The notes under the pieces: generated by a model | The model's database searches: none | Told to the model about the DNA's origin: nothing | Seen by the model: only the letters and a program-made list of their open reading frames with translations | DNA from: Lama glama | Lineage: Eukaryota | Length of the DNA: 64,000 bases | Reading direction: 5' to 3' | Assembly (NCBI GenBank): GCA_028534125.1 | Contig: CM052817.1 | Coordinates: 28,584,001 to 28,648,000, forward strand | Position numbers and translations under genes: made by a program | Part shown: one piece after another, positions 12,790 through 26,290 of the stretch | How the letters are laid out: every line of letters starts with the position of its first letter | Position numbering within the stretch: the stretch's first letter is position 1

Positions 12790-14394
12790 ACAAAGGAGCT
12801 ATATGAGCGTTATTTATTGGATAACCCTATTTTTTCTTTACTGTGTTATGCATCATGGCTACAAAGATTAATAGAGTTCCTGCCTTTAAGATGTCCAAAT
12901 CTAGGAGTCAGATTTTTAAACAAAATAGAGCAGTATAGCATGCTGCTCTAGAACCAATGATATGATCAAACATCCACAGAAGCAATATGGAAAGAAGCCG
13001 CAGATCTGCTCCAGGAAGCTGGGAATTATTCAGAGTGTATGTCACATGTAAATTGAGGCAGAATAGGGACAGAAGCCCTTTAAGACAGAAAATAGCATGA
13101 TCCAAAGTACTGAAGAATTCTAGGTCTGTGTTCTAATGCTGTGTTTAGGTAAATGGCCAGAAGTTTATGATTTTTTCCAAGAATTAGCTGGTTTATGTTT
13201 ATGTATGGTTATTCACTAGACCAGACATGGATTGATTTATGTAATTATCATAACATAAATAAATAAATTATTAATTTATACAATTATACGCAACAGGGCA
13301 CCTAAGTTACTTGCATCATTTTAAATAAAAATAACAAGTACACATACAATACTGTAGTGAAAATGAGTCTGTTTTTCTGAAGTATCCACTTCAATGATTA
13401 AAGGCAATTTCAATAACTGTCTTTGGAGAATCACCCTCTCTGGAAAAGGACTATTGTTTCCTGTAATATAGAAATATAATTGCCAGTGTTCAGGAAACCT
13501 ATTTGAAATAACTGTGTAGATACCATGCTTGGCTAATTCAAGAATGTCATATTGAAAAAAATACTTTGTATCTCTTTTATTATATAAACCAATGTGATGT
13601 AGTTTATAAATGATATTATGATTTAATTTTAGAAAATCATATTTCTTGATAAAGAATTTTGTCATCTGCTTATTCACATTTGGAGCCAGACTAATAGTAA
13701 AGTTTTTTTTAGTATTTAATATTTGAAAGGTATTTTTATTTAATTATGATTTTCATAATTGAATACAATGTTTTTTTACACCAACTACAAAATTGTGAAC
13801 AAATGATATCTTATATTTCACTTAGAATAAATCATCTTTTCTATTTTCTGAATAAATATTTGCATTAAAAAATTCTGCTTCTACGTCTGTCTGACATGAA
13901 ATGAGATACCAGCAGTAGTGGTTATGAACATGGAAAGTGTTTTGTTTCAATTTTGAGTTCCTAAGCATTGTCGTATTTCCAGTGGCACCACAAGAAATAC
14001 ACATTTTGAATTACAACTTTATTTTACATATATTTACTTTTTGTGGTGACTTTGTGGCTTTATTTTTTGCCCAAATCCATTTTATCTACATAAACTTGAG
14101 TCCTGTACCATCATTAGTGCTGTAGCCTCTCACAGTAGTACAGTTTTGATTATTCTATTTCCTTGGAAATAGCTGCTTTTTAAATGAAATGCTTCATATA
14201 GTAACTTTGTTCTTTAAGTGACTCATGCATGAATTCATGGAAGAGCATTTTAAAATTCAAGGCACCAGCGATTTTTGAAATTCATTTTGGAGATATAATA
14301 CTCCCAATATTCTATAAAATTTTAAGATGTAGAATCAAGTGATTCTGATTCAAGAAGCTTCTTTTACACTTTCACATCAACTGAACACTTTATA

Positions 14395-15370
14395 ACTACA
14401 TTCACTGAGCCCTATGAATATGGTAGGTACAGCACTGTACGTAGGAGTAGATAGAGTCGCCTTCTTCAGTGGTTTCACTGAATCAGTCAGGCTGTCCTGG
14501 AGAGCCCATTTAATTTGTGAACCCCTCCTGAATGAGTCAGTGAACCCCTGAAGAAGGCGAAGTGATGAATAACTGAAGATATGAAGGAAAAACTTTCCAA
14601 AACTGGAGACAGCATAGGCCCTGAGGCATGAATGCTCCTAGTGTGGTCAAGGAATAGCAAGGCTGGAACAGAGTGACAGAAAGGAATGGTAGTAGGTGAT
14701 GGAATTAAAGAAACAATGGTGGTCAGGTTCCAGTAGAGCCTTATAACCCACTGTAAAGAATTTTGGTCATACTCTGAGTGAAGTGAGAAGACTGTGGAAT
14801 ATTCTGAGCAGAGGACTGGCCTGACCCAACTTCTGCATTAACAGCATCTTTCTGACTATTGACACGTACTGAAGGAGTGCAACAGTAGAAGCAAAACACA
14901 ACCACCTAGAAGAACATTAAAATAATGCAGGGATGAGATAAAGGTGGCTTAGAAGTGGTAAGGAGTGGTCTAATTATAAATATATTTTGAAGGAATAGTC
15001 AACATGATTTTCTGATGAATTGGCCAAGATAATTGAGAGCAAAAAGTAAAATAAAATTTTAGGTGTTTCAGCCTAAGCAAATATAATAACCAGAAGTGCC
15101 TATAATGAACGAAGGAAAGATTGGAGGGCTACATTAGGTAGAAGTAATATGAGTGCCTTTACATGTTACATTTAAAATGCCTGTTAGATGTTCAGGTTAA
15201 GATACTGCAGAGAGCTGGTTGCATGCACCTGAATTTTAGAGCACCATCAGGAGACTGGGTTAAGTAGAGAAGAGGTCCGTAGACTCCTCCACCTTGGGGC
15301 ACTCTAAAAGTTCCAGGAAATGAAGAGGGACCAAGAAAGAAAATAGATTGAATGACAAACGAGATAATGG
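14395..15370 (-). mobile_element. L2 fragments
   Basis: 'cattcactgagccctatg', 'ggccctgaggcatgaatg', 'tactctgagtgaagtgagaag', 'atatattttgaagga'. Confidence 0.7.
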
Positions 15371-15492
15371 AGGATTCATTAAATTTTACTGAGACTTTGA
15401 ACCTTTAAAGATTACTGAAGAGTGAAGAAATAATCCATATTATACATTGTGGTTAAAATCAGCTGATTTTCAGTTGCCTCTGAATCAGTAGT

Positions 15493-15524
15493 GCATCCTT
15501 TATTCCAAGCATCCTTTATTCCAA
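15493..15524. repeat. Perfect 16-bp tandem duplication
   Basis: gcatcctttattccaa twice. Confidence 0.9.
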
Positions 15525-17391
15525 CTCTTTCTTCCTTTTAGACTTGTTTATCCTACCCAATTACTTGTTACACTTTCTTCCCTTCTGTTCCATCCTTCTC
15601 CTCCACTTCTCCCTCACTAACCACTAAAATGATTTCTTTTCATTTTTCATCTGTGCCTTCCTTTCCAAATCTAGAAAACTCTTCCATAAAGTTATTAATT
15701 TGCTTTTATTTATTAGTTGGTATGGAGTCAAAGTTTGTACCTTCTTCAAAGTACTTCTAGAGAGTTATTTTTTGTTCAAACACATACATTTACCTCCAAG
15801 TACATCAATTTCTATTCTTGTATGAACAGAAGAAATACACATTTCACTTCGCAAATGACTTTTAATCCACTAGTTTAGGTTTCCTAAAGGCAATTTTGCC
15901 TCTAACATTAATCAAAGCACCACCATTGTACTTTGTACCTCAAGAAAGCTTAATAATATTACTTTGGATTTAATGAAACTTCATCGACTCACTGCCCATC
16001 TATGGCCTGCATATGAGGCTCACAAGGGTAATTTAAGTGTCTGGATTTTCCACTGTTTATTATATAGAGAAATGACCTTTCCTTTCTGTTGGCTTGACTA
16101 TTACCTTTTAGTCCTGAGAAGTTTCAGAAAGATGGCCTTTACCATAGTCTTTATCCCAATTTTTACCCTTTTACCGGCCCTACAACTGGTATTCTTATCT
16201 TATATTCACCATTCGAACCTATTTCCCAGTAGTGATTTCCCTTTGTTAAAGCTTGACACTAAGTAAAACAGAAAAGAAAATGTGTATCCAGTGATTTTAC
16301 CTAAGTTTTAAAAATACCTAAAAACACATCATGTTACCACTTAGATACTGAAGTGTACAAAGACTTCTCAGTCATCTGGCCAGGGCTGTTGAAAAACGTA
16401 TCCATTTATTTTCTTCAGCCATCTACTGTGAGGTTCCATTAACACCAGAATCCCTTATCGGAACATAATTTGGAACTTGAATTTGAAAGAATCACGATCA
16501 GTTGCCTTGTCCTCTGTGTTGCCTCTAAGTTTTCATTTAAGGATAAGAATCAAAGTGCAGGTGGTTTCCTGGAGATTAATGATCGTTCAGGAGACATCCA
16601 TATCCCTGGATAGAATATCTAATCATTTATCCGACAGCGATGTAATGTACGAAAGTCATTATCACCACCATCAAATGGCAATTCTTTTTTCTTACAAATA
16701 AGTGCTTACTTTATTTCACGTTGATGAAAGACCCAAGATGGACATTCTGTAGGCAGAAGAGTTCTATTAATTTATTAAACAGGGAAATAACAGATAAGAA
16801 AAAAAAACAGGTTGTGGTATAAATTTGACTCAATGGAAAGGAACTTTAAATTCAGTAGGGTACACTGCTGAACAAGGGTAAGCTAAAGTTTCTCCACCTA
16901 CTGCCATTCTTGTCTGTTTGGATCACTGCTTATTTGTGTTATTAATCAAAAAGTGCCTTAATTCTTCATTAGATTTTATTAGATTCAATATGCCTTATCC
17001 ATAATGTCTTCAAATTGCCAGTGGAAACTTCAGAGACAGGTTTAAGCCAAATTCTCCGATTATATTTCCCTTTTCTGAAAGACTGTCAAGTCGCTGTTTT
17101 GAGATTAGAGGTAAAATCAGACTTTTGTGCAACAAATCTAATGTCTTCTGGTAAAAGTAGGAAGCCACATACAGACAATTCATTCATTCTTTCTTTTATC
17201 AACGTGCATCTACTGAAAACCTACTAAGTGCTACACTCCCTTCTAAATACAGAGACTAGAGCTGTGAAAAAGAGATGCATTCCTGTCTTTAAAAGTGTCT
17301 ATCATTGTGAAGGAAAAATGGATTAAATAATAAACATATGATAAAATGTGAAGTATTGCCAGAGAATAAAAAAGTGCTATGTATAAAATCA

Positions 17392-18038
17392 AACAAAAAG
17401 ATGCAAGAATATACAATGGAGAAAAGACAGTCTCCAGCAAGTGGTGTTGGGAAAGCTGGACAGCCACATATAAATCAGTGAAGTTATAACACTCCCTCAC
17501 ACTATACACAGAAATCAACTCAAAATCGCTTAAAGACTTAAACATAAGACAGGACACCATAAATCTGCTAGACGAGAACATAGGCAAAACATTCTCTGAC
17601 ATAAATCATACCAGTGTTTTCCTAGGTCATAAACCATAGACAAAATGAAAATACAACCTACAGATTGGGAGAAAATATTTGCAAATGATGTAACTGACAA
17701 GGGCTTGATTTCCAGAATATGCAAACAGCTTGTACAGATCAATAACAAAAAAGCAAACAACCCAATCGAAAAATGGGCAGAAGACCTAAACAAGCAATTC
17801 TCCAATGAAGACATATGGATGGTCAATAGGTACATGTAAAGATGCTCAATATCACTAATTACCAGAAAAATGTAAACCAAAACTACAATGAGGTATCACC
17901 TCACACCAGTCAGAGTGGCCATCGTTAAAAAGTTCACAAACAATAAATGCTGGAGAGGATATGGAGAAAAGGGAACCCCCTTATACTTTTGGTGTGAATA
18001 CAGTTTGGTGCAATCATTATGGAAAACAGTACAGAGAT
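17392..18038 (+). mobile_element. L1 ORF2 fragment with an internal deletion near 17630
   Basis: ORF 17645-17839 [28 protein letters not shown]; 17788-18030 is homologous to 11786-12035. Confidence 0.9.
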
Positions 18039-18409
18039 AACAAAACCTTTAAACGCCTAAGGCTAATTTTAAACAAAGTTTTGTGTCTATAGTCTCCTTT
18101 TTGAGTATCCATATCTTTCACAAATGCTACCAAATTAAATGATCAGCTTTCACAAAGGTGCCCTGACTTAGCTCACCCTCTTAAGAAAGTGTTAATGAAC
18201 AGTGAGAAGGTGACAGAAAAAGCAGCAGAGGGAATGAAGAAGCCCAGTGGTGGAAAGAAGATCATGTCTTGTTTACTCCATTTGCTCTTTAAAACATAGA
18301 TTATTGCCACTGTCATAATAAAAGCTGAGACCTAGATTGCTTCCAGTCTGATATGTTTTTCAACTGGCTTTCAATGATGCATAAGACTTTGTGAGATTGC
18401 CTTAGTATG

Positions 18410-18770
18410 TAACAATAACATACAACTCGTGTATAGCCCTCAAAATGAGAGTTGTGTTAAGTGCTTTTGCATACATTCTTTCAGTCAGTCTTTAAATAGT
18501 AGAAATGTACAATGTAGGAATGATAGAGTATAACCTAATAATTACAAACCTACCCAAGAGACAGATACCTGGGTTAAAACCCAGGTCTTCCATGTATTGA
18601 CTGTGATGTTGAGTAAGTCATTTAAACTGTCTTCTCTTCAGTTTTCTTAACCATTAAGCAGCGGTGAAAATATTTGCCATGATGGGCAATTGTAGGATTA
18701 AATAAATTTTTACATAAAAGATGCCAAAAACATGCCTTATCTATATAATAGGCCATTAGCAAATTAAGTA
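18410..18770. mobile_element. MIR fragments (two, opposite orientation)
   Basis: 'gttaagtgcttttgcatacatt'; 'ctgtgatgttgagtaagtcatttaaactgtc..tcagttttct'. Confidence 0.55.
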
Positions 18771-19929
18771 CAGATGCAATAAAGATTTATTTTAAAAAGT
18801 TAATTATAATTATTAAGGTTGCACAGGTAATTGGTACTGAAAATAGACCTAAAACCAAGATCTAATTTAAACATGAAAGTCTACGTTGAATTAATATCCT
18901 ATACTGTCAGCCTCCCTTTATCTGGTTAAGCATATAAAATAATGCCTCACTCAAGTATATTTGTTGAATGCATTTATAGAATAATCTTTCAGAAGAAATG
19001 AATGATTCTGTCACACCAATTGATAAATCATATTTAAACAAAGCAATCACTAGAAGGGATTCTATATTTTCAATAATCCCAAGCCACATTTTAATTCATA
19101 AATGATAATTGCTTTCTTCTATAGAATACCTGTCAAGTAACTCATTATTATTATCTTGTAGAGTCCAATTAATGCCTTCCTTATTTGCAGCCTGACAATG
19201 CTCCAACCAAGAAGAGGGCATTTAGAGAGAATCTTTGGACTGGTTGTCAGGACCTGGGCTTAATCTTCACTCTGCCACTAATCAAATCTGCTGCAAGTAA
19301 CTCTATTTCCAAAGATCTATTTCTTCCTCTATCAAAGAAGATTTGAGCTAGATTTTCACTAAAATTTGCTGCAGATTCTTCCAACTGCATACCACTAGCA
19401 CCAGGGGACACAGGAGGGGTGATGATGGCCAAGCATGTAGCTGTTTTGGCAAAATAACCCAGATTACATTCTAACCCAATGTGTACATCATGTAAGTGCC
19501 CATGTGTAACAGGAAGACAGGGAAGATACCACAAGTGTAAATTGTCTAGTATCAGTCTTAGATAAGATGTAGATAACATAAGACAATGTTCATAAAAGAA
19601 ACCATGGTGTTCTCACTTTTTTAGAAAAAGCTTCATTTTAAAGAATATATTGAATATGGTATCTGACAAAAAACTCATAAAGTAGCAATTACTACCCCTT
19701 GTTTACAAAAAAAGAAAACAGAGCACTCAGACTTTTCAAGATGTCTTATAATAAGGGTTATAGTTAAGTATTCAAATTTACTCTTTCAACTCTAAGTGCA
19801 GTATTTTGTTACTAAATCACAGATGACTGTTTGTAACGTTAATACGTTTCTACACTGTAATATCTTGCATCACCTTTAAGACATTTTTTTAAAAAAGCAA
19901 TAAAAGTTTGAAGTCTATATGTTCCTGCT

Positions 19930-20353
19930 TGTATGGTCAGACCCCTAAGATGGCTGTTCTCTTGCTCTCTGGACGTCCCCTGCTTCACCAGTGTCTGCTT
20001 CCCCTACACCCAACTCACATGTCTGACCTTCCTACATACTTGTCTCAGGCCCCAGCTAGTGATTGTTTCCATCGAAAGCGCATTGAGGAGATGCCCCTCT
20101 GCTGGTTTCCCTGGTAACCAGTGAGCCAAACCCTATAACTGATGGTCTTCTCTTTCCCCTAGAATGAAGCTTGCCGCCATGTCCTACCTGTTGTCCATCA
20201 CACATGATGGGGAGTCACTCCAGGACCTTGTTTCAGACCTGTAAGCTCCCCCATCCATTAAACCATTGATCTCAGTCACTGACTCCGGGCTCTTTCTCCA
20301 GTCTTGAAGCTGGGCCTTACAAGCCTTGTAGGCCTGCAGGGTGCAGCCCGACA
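19930..20353 (+). mobile_element. Solo LTR (ERV1-like, 424 bp), a different family from the 2928/58601 pair
   Basis: TG...CA ends (tgtatggtcag...cagcccgaca); TATA-like cctataact near 20132; ATTAAA near 20257; flanks tgct/ttct (4-bp TSD, one mismatch); GC-richer than its surroundings. Confidence 0.75.
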
Positions 20354-20409
20354 TTCTTGTATAAAAAAGCATGACAACCCAGAAGTTAAAAATCAAATGG
20401 GAAGACCAT

Positions 20410-20650
20410 TCTATAATGCTTTGAGTGTAGGAATGGATCCTGGATTGCTTCTCGGCTCTACCACTTGCTGAGTCCACTGGGTCATATCACTTAACTTCTC
20501 TCTGTCTTAATAAGCTCATCTGTGAAACCAAGACCATAACTGTACCTTAGGGCTGTGAGAACTGAATGTGAACGTTTGTAATGGACTTAGCACTGTGATC
20601 AGCAATCCCTCAGTGAATGCTAGTTGACATTGTTATGACTGCTGCTGTTG
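20410..20650 (+). mobile_element. MIR
   Basis: 'ggctctaccacttgctgag..cacttaacttctctctgtct..ctcatctgtgaaa..agggctgtgagaactgaatg'. Confidence 0.75.
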
Positions 20651-20954
20651 CTCAAACTATTCAAACCAAACTGTCCATCGTCACCTTGCTTATAGAATTT
20701 TTGCCTTGGCCAAATTCTATTTCAAAGTGTTACCCTATGCAACCAAACAGGATATGAAATGTACAATGCCATAAATAATCAAAATTAGTGCCCCCCCAAA
20801 TGCTCTGATATATCCAAAGACAAAACAGGGCAATTATACATTTTTTAATTTTTATACATTTTGACAGCAAACTCATTTTCCTCATTAAATGTAAAAACTA
20901 TCCCCTAAAAATGTCCAAAATCTTTTCACAAAAATTATTTGAAAGCCTCCATAT

Positions 20955-21235
20955 TTAAAAGAACTACTGTACAATATAGTGCCTGTGGCTAAAAATACTA
21001 GATTGTACACTTAAAATTTGCTAAGCTTTATGTTAAGTGTTCTTACCACCACTGCCACAACAGTAGCCATAGTTACAAGAACTGGAGGAAAATTTGGAGC
21101 TAATAAATATTTTTATGGCTTTGATGATGGTGATAATTCACGGGTGTACACTTATCCCTAAACTCAAGTTGTATACGTTAAGTATGTACAGCTTCTCATA
21201 TGTCAACCATACCTCAATAATATGGTTTTAAAAAG
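20955..21235 (+). mobile_element. L1MB-type 3' end
   Basis: 'gattgtacacttaaaatttgctaag', 'aagtatgtacagctt..atgtcaaccatacctcaataa'. Confidence 0.8.
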
Positions 21236-21824
21236 AGTTAATATTACTAAATGAAGATTTTACTGCTAGTATGGAGATTGGCAACTATGAAGGGATTTTG
21301 AAGTTGACCAGCAGGTATTTATGCCACCCTATATCTGGGTGGGGAAATATGCTTCTTGCAGAAATGTGTGATAAAACTGTGTAATGAATTTAAAATAATT
21401 TCAAGAATTACAAGGGAAATTCAAAGAGAACATCAAAACATTCACAAAAGGTATAAAATTGATTGAAAGTTAGAAAACCACATCTTGTTTTAATGTATCA
21501 CTGATATTTATCTAGTCTCCATGAGATATTGATTAAAATAAGAAATCATGGACTGTCTTTGCTTCTGTTCAAAGCTGTGTGACAGAAGCATAGAACATAG
21601 AACTTGGAGACTGCTAAATAAAACCCCAAAGCCTTTTCATTAACAGAAAAATAGAAATGTAAGGAAATACAACTATCTTAAATCTCATAGACCACAGGAC
21701 AAAAATGTCTTAAATAAGCTGTGAAATGTGATTGCAGCTCTATTTGTTCTATATGTAATCATCACATCTTCTATATAAAGGTTAAAAAGTCAAAGGAAAA
21801 ATTTATCATTGAGTCAGTTTGTGT

Positions 21825-21843
21825 CACACACACACACACACAC
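21825..21843. repeat. (CA)n microsatellite
   Basis: About 9 CA units. Confidence 0.85.
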
Positions 21844-24318
21844 CCCCACCTCATACCAGGCAGAGTGCTGGCACACTGTGATATTAGAAAAGTGTTTCCT
21901 ACTACAATTTTGAACAAGAATCCCACAGAAAATAAGTAACCATTGTTCCTATTTGAGTCTTCCAAGATAGGAACTTGATTGCACTCTTTATTTCTCCCCT
22001 GAAAATTCATTTTGGTGTCCACCAAGAAAACATACATCATAAAATGCTTATATAATGTTCCAAATAGGACCCTCTTTATAGGATTCATTCATATGATTGA
22101 AAATGCATACGCCCCAGGTAATAGGATAAATGAAAGATGTAAATCATGACTGATTCTCATAGAAAATAACTGCCAGCAGAAATGCAAGTTTCCTCATATT
22201 CAGAGATGATATTGCTAAATCTTGTCTGTCACCACAAGGTTGGAAGTGATCTTTTGTGATTGTCCACAGTGTCTCCAAGCATGTTCCCTAAATTATCCTG
22301 CACAGACGAAAATGCAAATGATCATTGCTGAGACCTGATTTATTCAGAGGAATTGATTTGGCAACATGAGTGGTCTAGTTCAATGCTGCACAGAGACAGC
22401 ACAGAGTTTCATAAATTAAGAAGGTCCTTAATTAACATTTAAGAATACAGCTTGTTGTCAACTAAGTACATTATGGCGTAAATCTGCAATGAATAACTAT
22501 TTACTAGCACTAATAATGTTAGGTACCAATCCACTATCAACCTTTTCAAAACATTAATAGATAATATTAATAAGAACATACCTACAATGTTATTACAAAT
22601 CTTCACATGGCTAGTGTGTAACTGACAAATATCAATTTCTAAATCCTAGAAAACATTGCTCAGTGGTGAAAAAACAGTAGATGAAACTCTCTCTTGTTTC
22701 TTCATGAGTCTGTATTTAGCAAAATGACTACCATTTTAACAAACTTATAAGTCATGCTGGTGGCTTAAGTGGTAGGTAACTTATTTTTAAAGGGTGGAAA
22801 TGAACTTTGAAATCACCATAGTCTATGAGTGGGATTTGGTGGCTTAGGTATGATGAAGTGTAACATGGATCTCTTTCTCTGACAACTAAGCTCTGGAAAA
22901 ACACAGTTGATTTCCTTCAGCTCCCAGGAGCATCTGAGACCTGTTTTTATTCACTTGGCTTTAGTAAACATATGTATTCAGAAATTAATTGACTGGGTTT
23001 AGCAAAGATTTTATAACATAGTGTGCAACGATTTGATGTCAATCTTGGCTTTTAATTAGAAGAAAAGCCCAAGGAGAAAAAGGTGATAAAGACCTAGCTA
23101 CATTAGTACACAGTTTTTCCTCTGATTTGTGATTCCTAGGGCTAGAGGTCAAGTGCACATCTAAATGTATTTCTATGTTTGTACTGAAGACCTCATTTTG
23201 AGGAAGGGTGCTCATTTCTGCTCATTTTAAGTAGGAATGGAAAGACATTTTATAATAGCAGCTTATTGGAATGGCTTCTGGATATTAAACCTTTCTCAGT
23301 ATCAGCTGGAGATTTAGGTGTTTGACCCTTTGCAGAGAAATGCAAAGAACTGAACCACCACATACCACCTGGGGAGTGGAACCTCATTAGGAAGAGATGT
23401 GTTTACAGAGGGAAACATGGTCAGGTTGAATCTAGTTCTCATGATTTTGAAAACAGTGTCGTGCCAAGTGAATGGCTATAGAAGAAGGTCAAACTTCTCC
23501 GTTTAGCTATTCTGGTTTGTGTTAATTAATAAGAAATGTTCTGTAAATACACATTCTTAATTGCAACTAAATTAAATATTCATTTGTAACATTTGCTCTA
23601 AAAATTGATTTCTTAATGAGTATGAAATGAATAGGTCATACTTTTAGTGCACACAGAACTCCTTGTAAAAGGAGCTAGCTAAAAATAGCATTGGTAATTT
23701 TTGAACTTTATAAGGATATGCAGAAGTGCTCTCAATGACTGTGAAAGTTTCTTGATATTGTTAATATCTTTCTAAAACATACATTCATAGAAATCAGAAA
23801 CTCTTTTGTTTACTCTACAAATTTTACATATAGGTTGTTTCACTGGGTATGCTGGATTTGATCTAACTTCCTATGTAATTGAAATAGATACAGAGTAGTC
23901 ATGGTGCCTGAATCATCCACAACTACTTTAAGGAAAAAAAAACTCCCTGTTCTCATTCCTACCACCCTATTAAACATTACCACAGCCAGCCATCATAACG
24001 TTTCTAAAGGGAAGCATAAATAAAAAGTTGATGCCACTTCTTTGTGTAAATGTGCCAACAGATTTCCATCTAAAAAAGTTAAGAATTAAAACCCTTCCCA
24101 TGGCCTGAAAGCCTGGCTACTACTCATAATGTTAAATGTCAAATGAAATCTTACTAGAGAATTTGATGGGATAATTCCCTACTTATCCAAACGTGTTCTT
24201 CAGAAATACTTGGAATCTTGGTGACACCTCTTTATTATAGCTTAAGCCTTATCATTTCCTTGATCTCAGATCTATCCATCAATGGATTCATTTCTGCCCA
24301 TTGAAACTTGTAGATGTA

Positions 24319-26290
24319 TGTCTTAGTCAGCTCAGGCTGCTATAACAAAATGCCACAGATTCAAACAGCTAACATTGGGCCCTCTTCCTGGCTTGCAGAC
24401 AGATGTCTTCTTGCTGTATCCATACATGACTGAGAGAGGAAGCTCTGGCATCTCATCTTCTTTTTATAAGGACACTCGTCTCATCTTGGGGTCTCTACCC
24501 CCTTGACCTCATCTAAACCTACCTACCTCCCAGAGATTCCACATTCTAACACCTTCACTTTTGGGCCTAGGACTTCAATATAGGAATCTGATGGGACAAA
24601 ATCTGTCCATAACATTCCACTCTCAACCTCCTAAAATCCGTGTCCTTCTCACACACAGAATAGACTTATTTCATCCCAACAATCTGCAAAGACTTAACTC
24701 ATCCCAGTATCAACTCGAAGGTCTAAAGTCCAAAGTTTTATTGAAATATCATCGAAATCAGATACCTGTGAGACTCAAGGTATGAATCATCCTGAGGGAA
24801 AAATTCCTCTCCAGTTGCAAACATGTGAAATCAAATTATGTGCACGTGTGCACAATAGTGGTACAGGTACAAGATAGACATTTCAACTCCAAATGGGAGA
24901 AATAAAAATGATGGAAGAAGGGTTGGATGCCAAGCAAATCCAAAACCTAAAAAAAAGCAAATTCTATTAGACCTTAAGGTCTAGCCATCAATGGATTCAT
25001 TTCTGCCCATTGAAACTTGTAGATGCATGTCTTGGTCATGAATAATCCTCTTTGGACCAATGCTCTGCCCTCCAAGCCTGCATCACCCTTACAACTTGAC
25101 TAAGCGGCCTCACCACTTTGGCTTTATGGGGTGGTCCAGTGCACGTGGATCTCTGCAAGAGCTTGAGCTTCTGAAACCAGGGAGAAAGCAGCTCTGGTCA
25201 GGGGCAGGAATGGCAGTCCTAATGATCTCTGAATGGACTTCAGGGTCATTTTTGAGAGATAACTGATGTTCACAGCTTTCCTTCATTCCCTCCCATTTTT
25301 CTGTTTTCTTTGGTCCCAGCTGGCAGAGATGATGTAATTCCATCACTACTCTTGGCTTCTTCTGAGGTGGCTGATTAAATCCATGCATCTTACCTATGAT
25401 ATCTTTATCAAATTGCTCTTCAACCACACCCTTCATATTCTCCTCAGAACAAGCTTTTTCATTTTCTTTTTTGCAAGAAAATTTTCCACATCTTCAAGTT
25501 TTGTTCCTTTTTTGTGCAGCAATTTCTTCTTCAACTAATATCTGTCCTCTCACATTTTGTTTTGAGTAGTAAGGAGGACCCAAACCATACCTTCAATAAT
25601 TTGCTTAAAGGTCTCCTCTGTTAAACATCGGTTCATTGTTCAGAAGTTCTACCTCCTGCCGAGCAATAGAGCATGAACACAGTTCAGCCAAGTTCTTTGC
25701 CACTTTTTAATAAGGATCCCCTTTCCTCCAGTTTCCAATAATACATTCCTCATTTCCATCTGGAACCTCACCAGATTGGACTTTAACATCCATATTTCTA
25801 CCAACAATCTTTTTATAGCAATCTTGGCTTTCATCATGCACTTCAGAACTCTTTAGCCTCTTCTCATTCACATCACCCAGTTTCAAAGTCACTTTGTCAT
25901 TTGAGGTATTTGTTCCAGCAGTACACTACAGAACTTAAAATCTGTATAAGAGTGCTTGGGCTGCCATAACAAAATATGGTAGACTAGGTGGCTTAAAAAA
26001 TAGAAATTCATTTCTGATAGTTCTAGAGTCTAAGTCCAAAATCAGAGAGCCAGCCGATGTGGTTCCTGGTGAGAGCTTTCTCCCTACCTTGCAGAAGGCT
26101 GCCTTCTGGTTTCTTACATGGAGAAGGAGAGCTCTGGTGTCTTTTCTCATTGTAAGATTAGCACCCATCCTTGTAAACTCATTTAACTTTTATCGCCTCT
26201 TCACAGATCCCATCTCCAAATACAGTCATCTTGGGGCCGAGAGTTTCAACATATAAACTTATGAGGCACATAAATATTCACCCTATAACA
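24319..26290 (-). mobile_element. MaLR element MLT1A-like: LTR 24319-24614, internal 24615-25942, LTR 25943-26290
   Basis: Both LTRs have 'ggctgc(t/c)ataacaaaat', 'gcttgcaga', 'agctctgg', end '..taaca'; the middle has MaLR internal motifs (ORF 25649-25837 FQMEMRNVLLETGGKGIL resembles MaLR-int translations). No TSD seen. Confidence 0.85.

Noticed and set aside
13822..14004. Possible exon upstream of the 13348-13460 candidate
   Set aside because: Weak acceptor, the frame ends in a stop, and no phase-compatible donor.
19247..19579. 110-aa minus-strand ORF
   Set aside because: No recognisable domain, no ATG start, no convincing splice sites.
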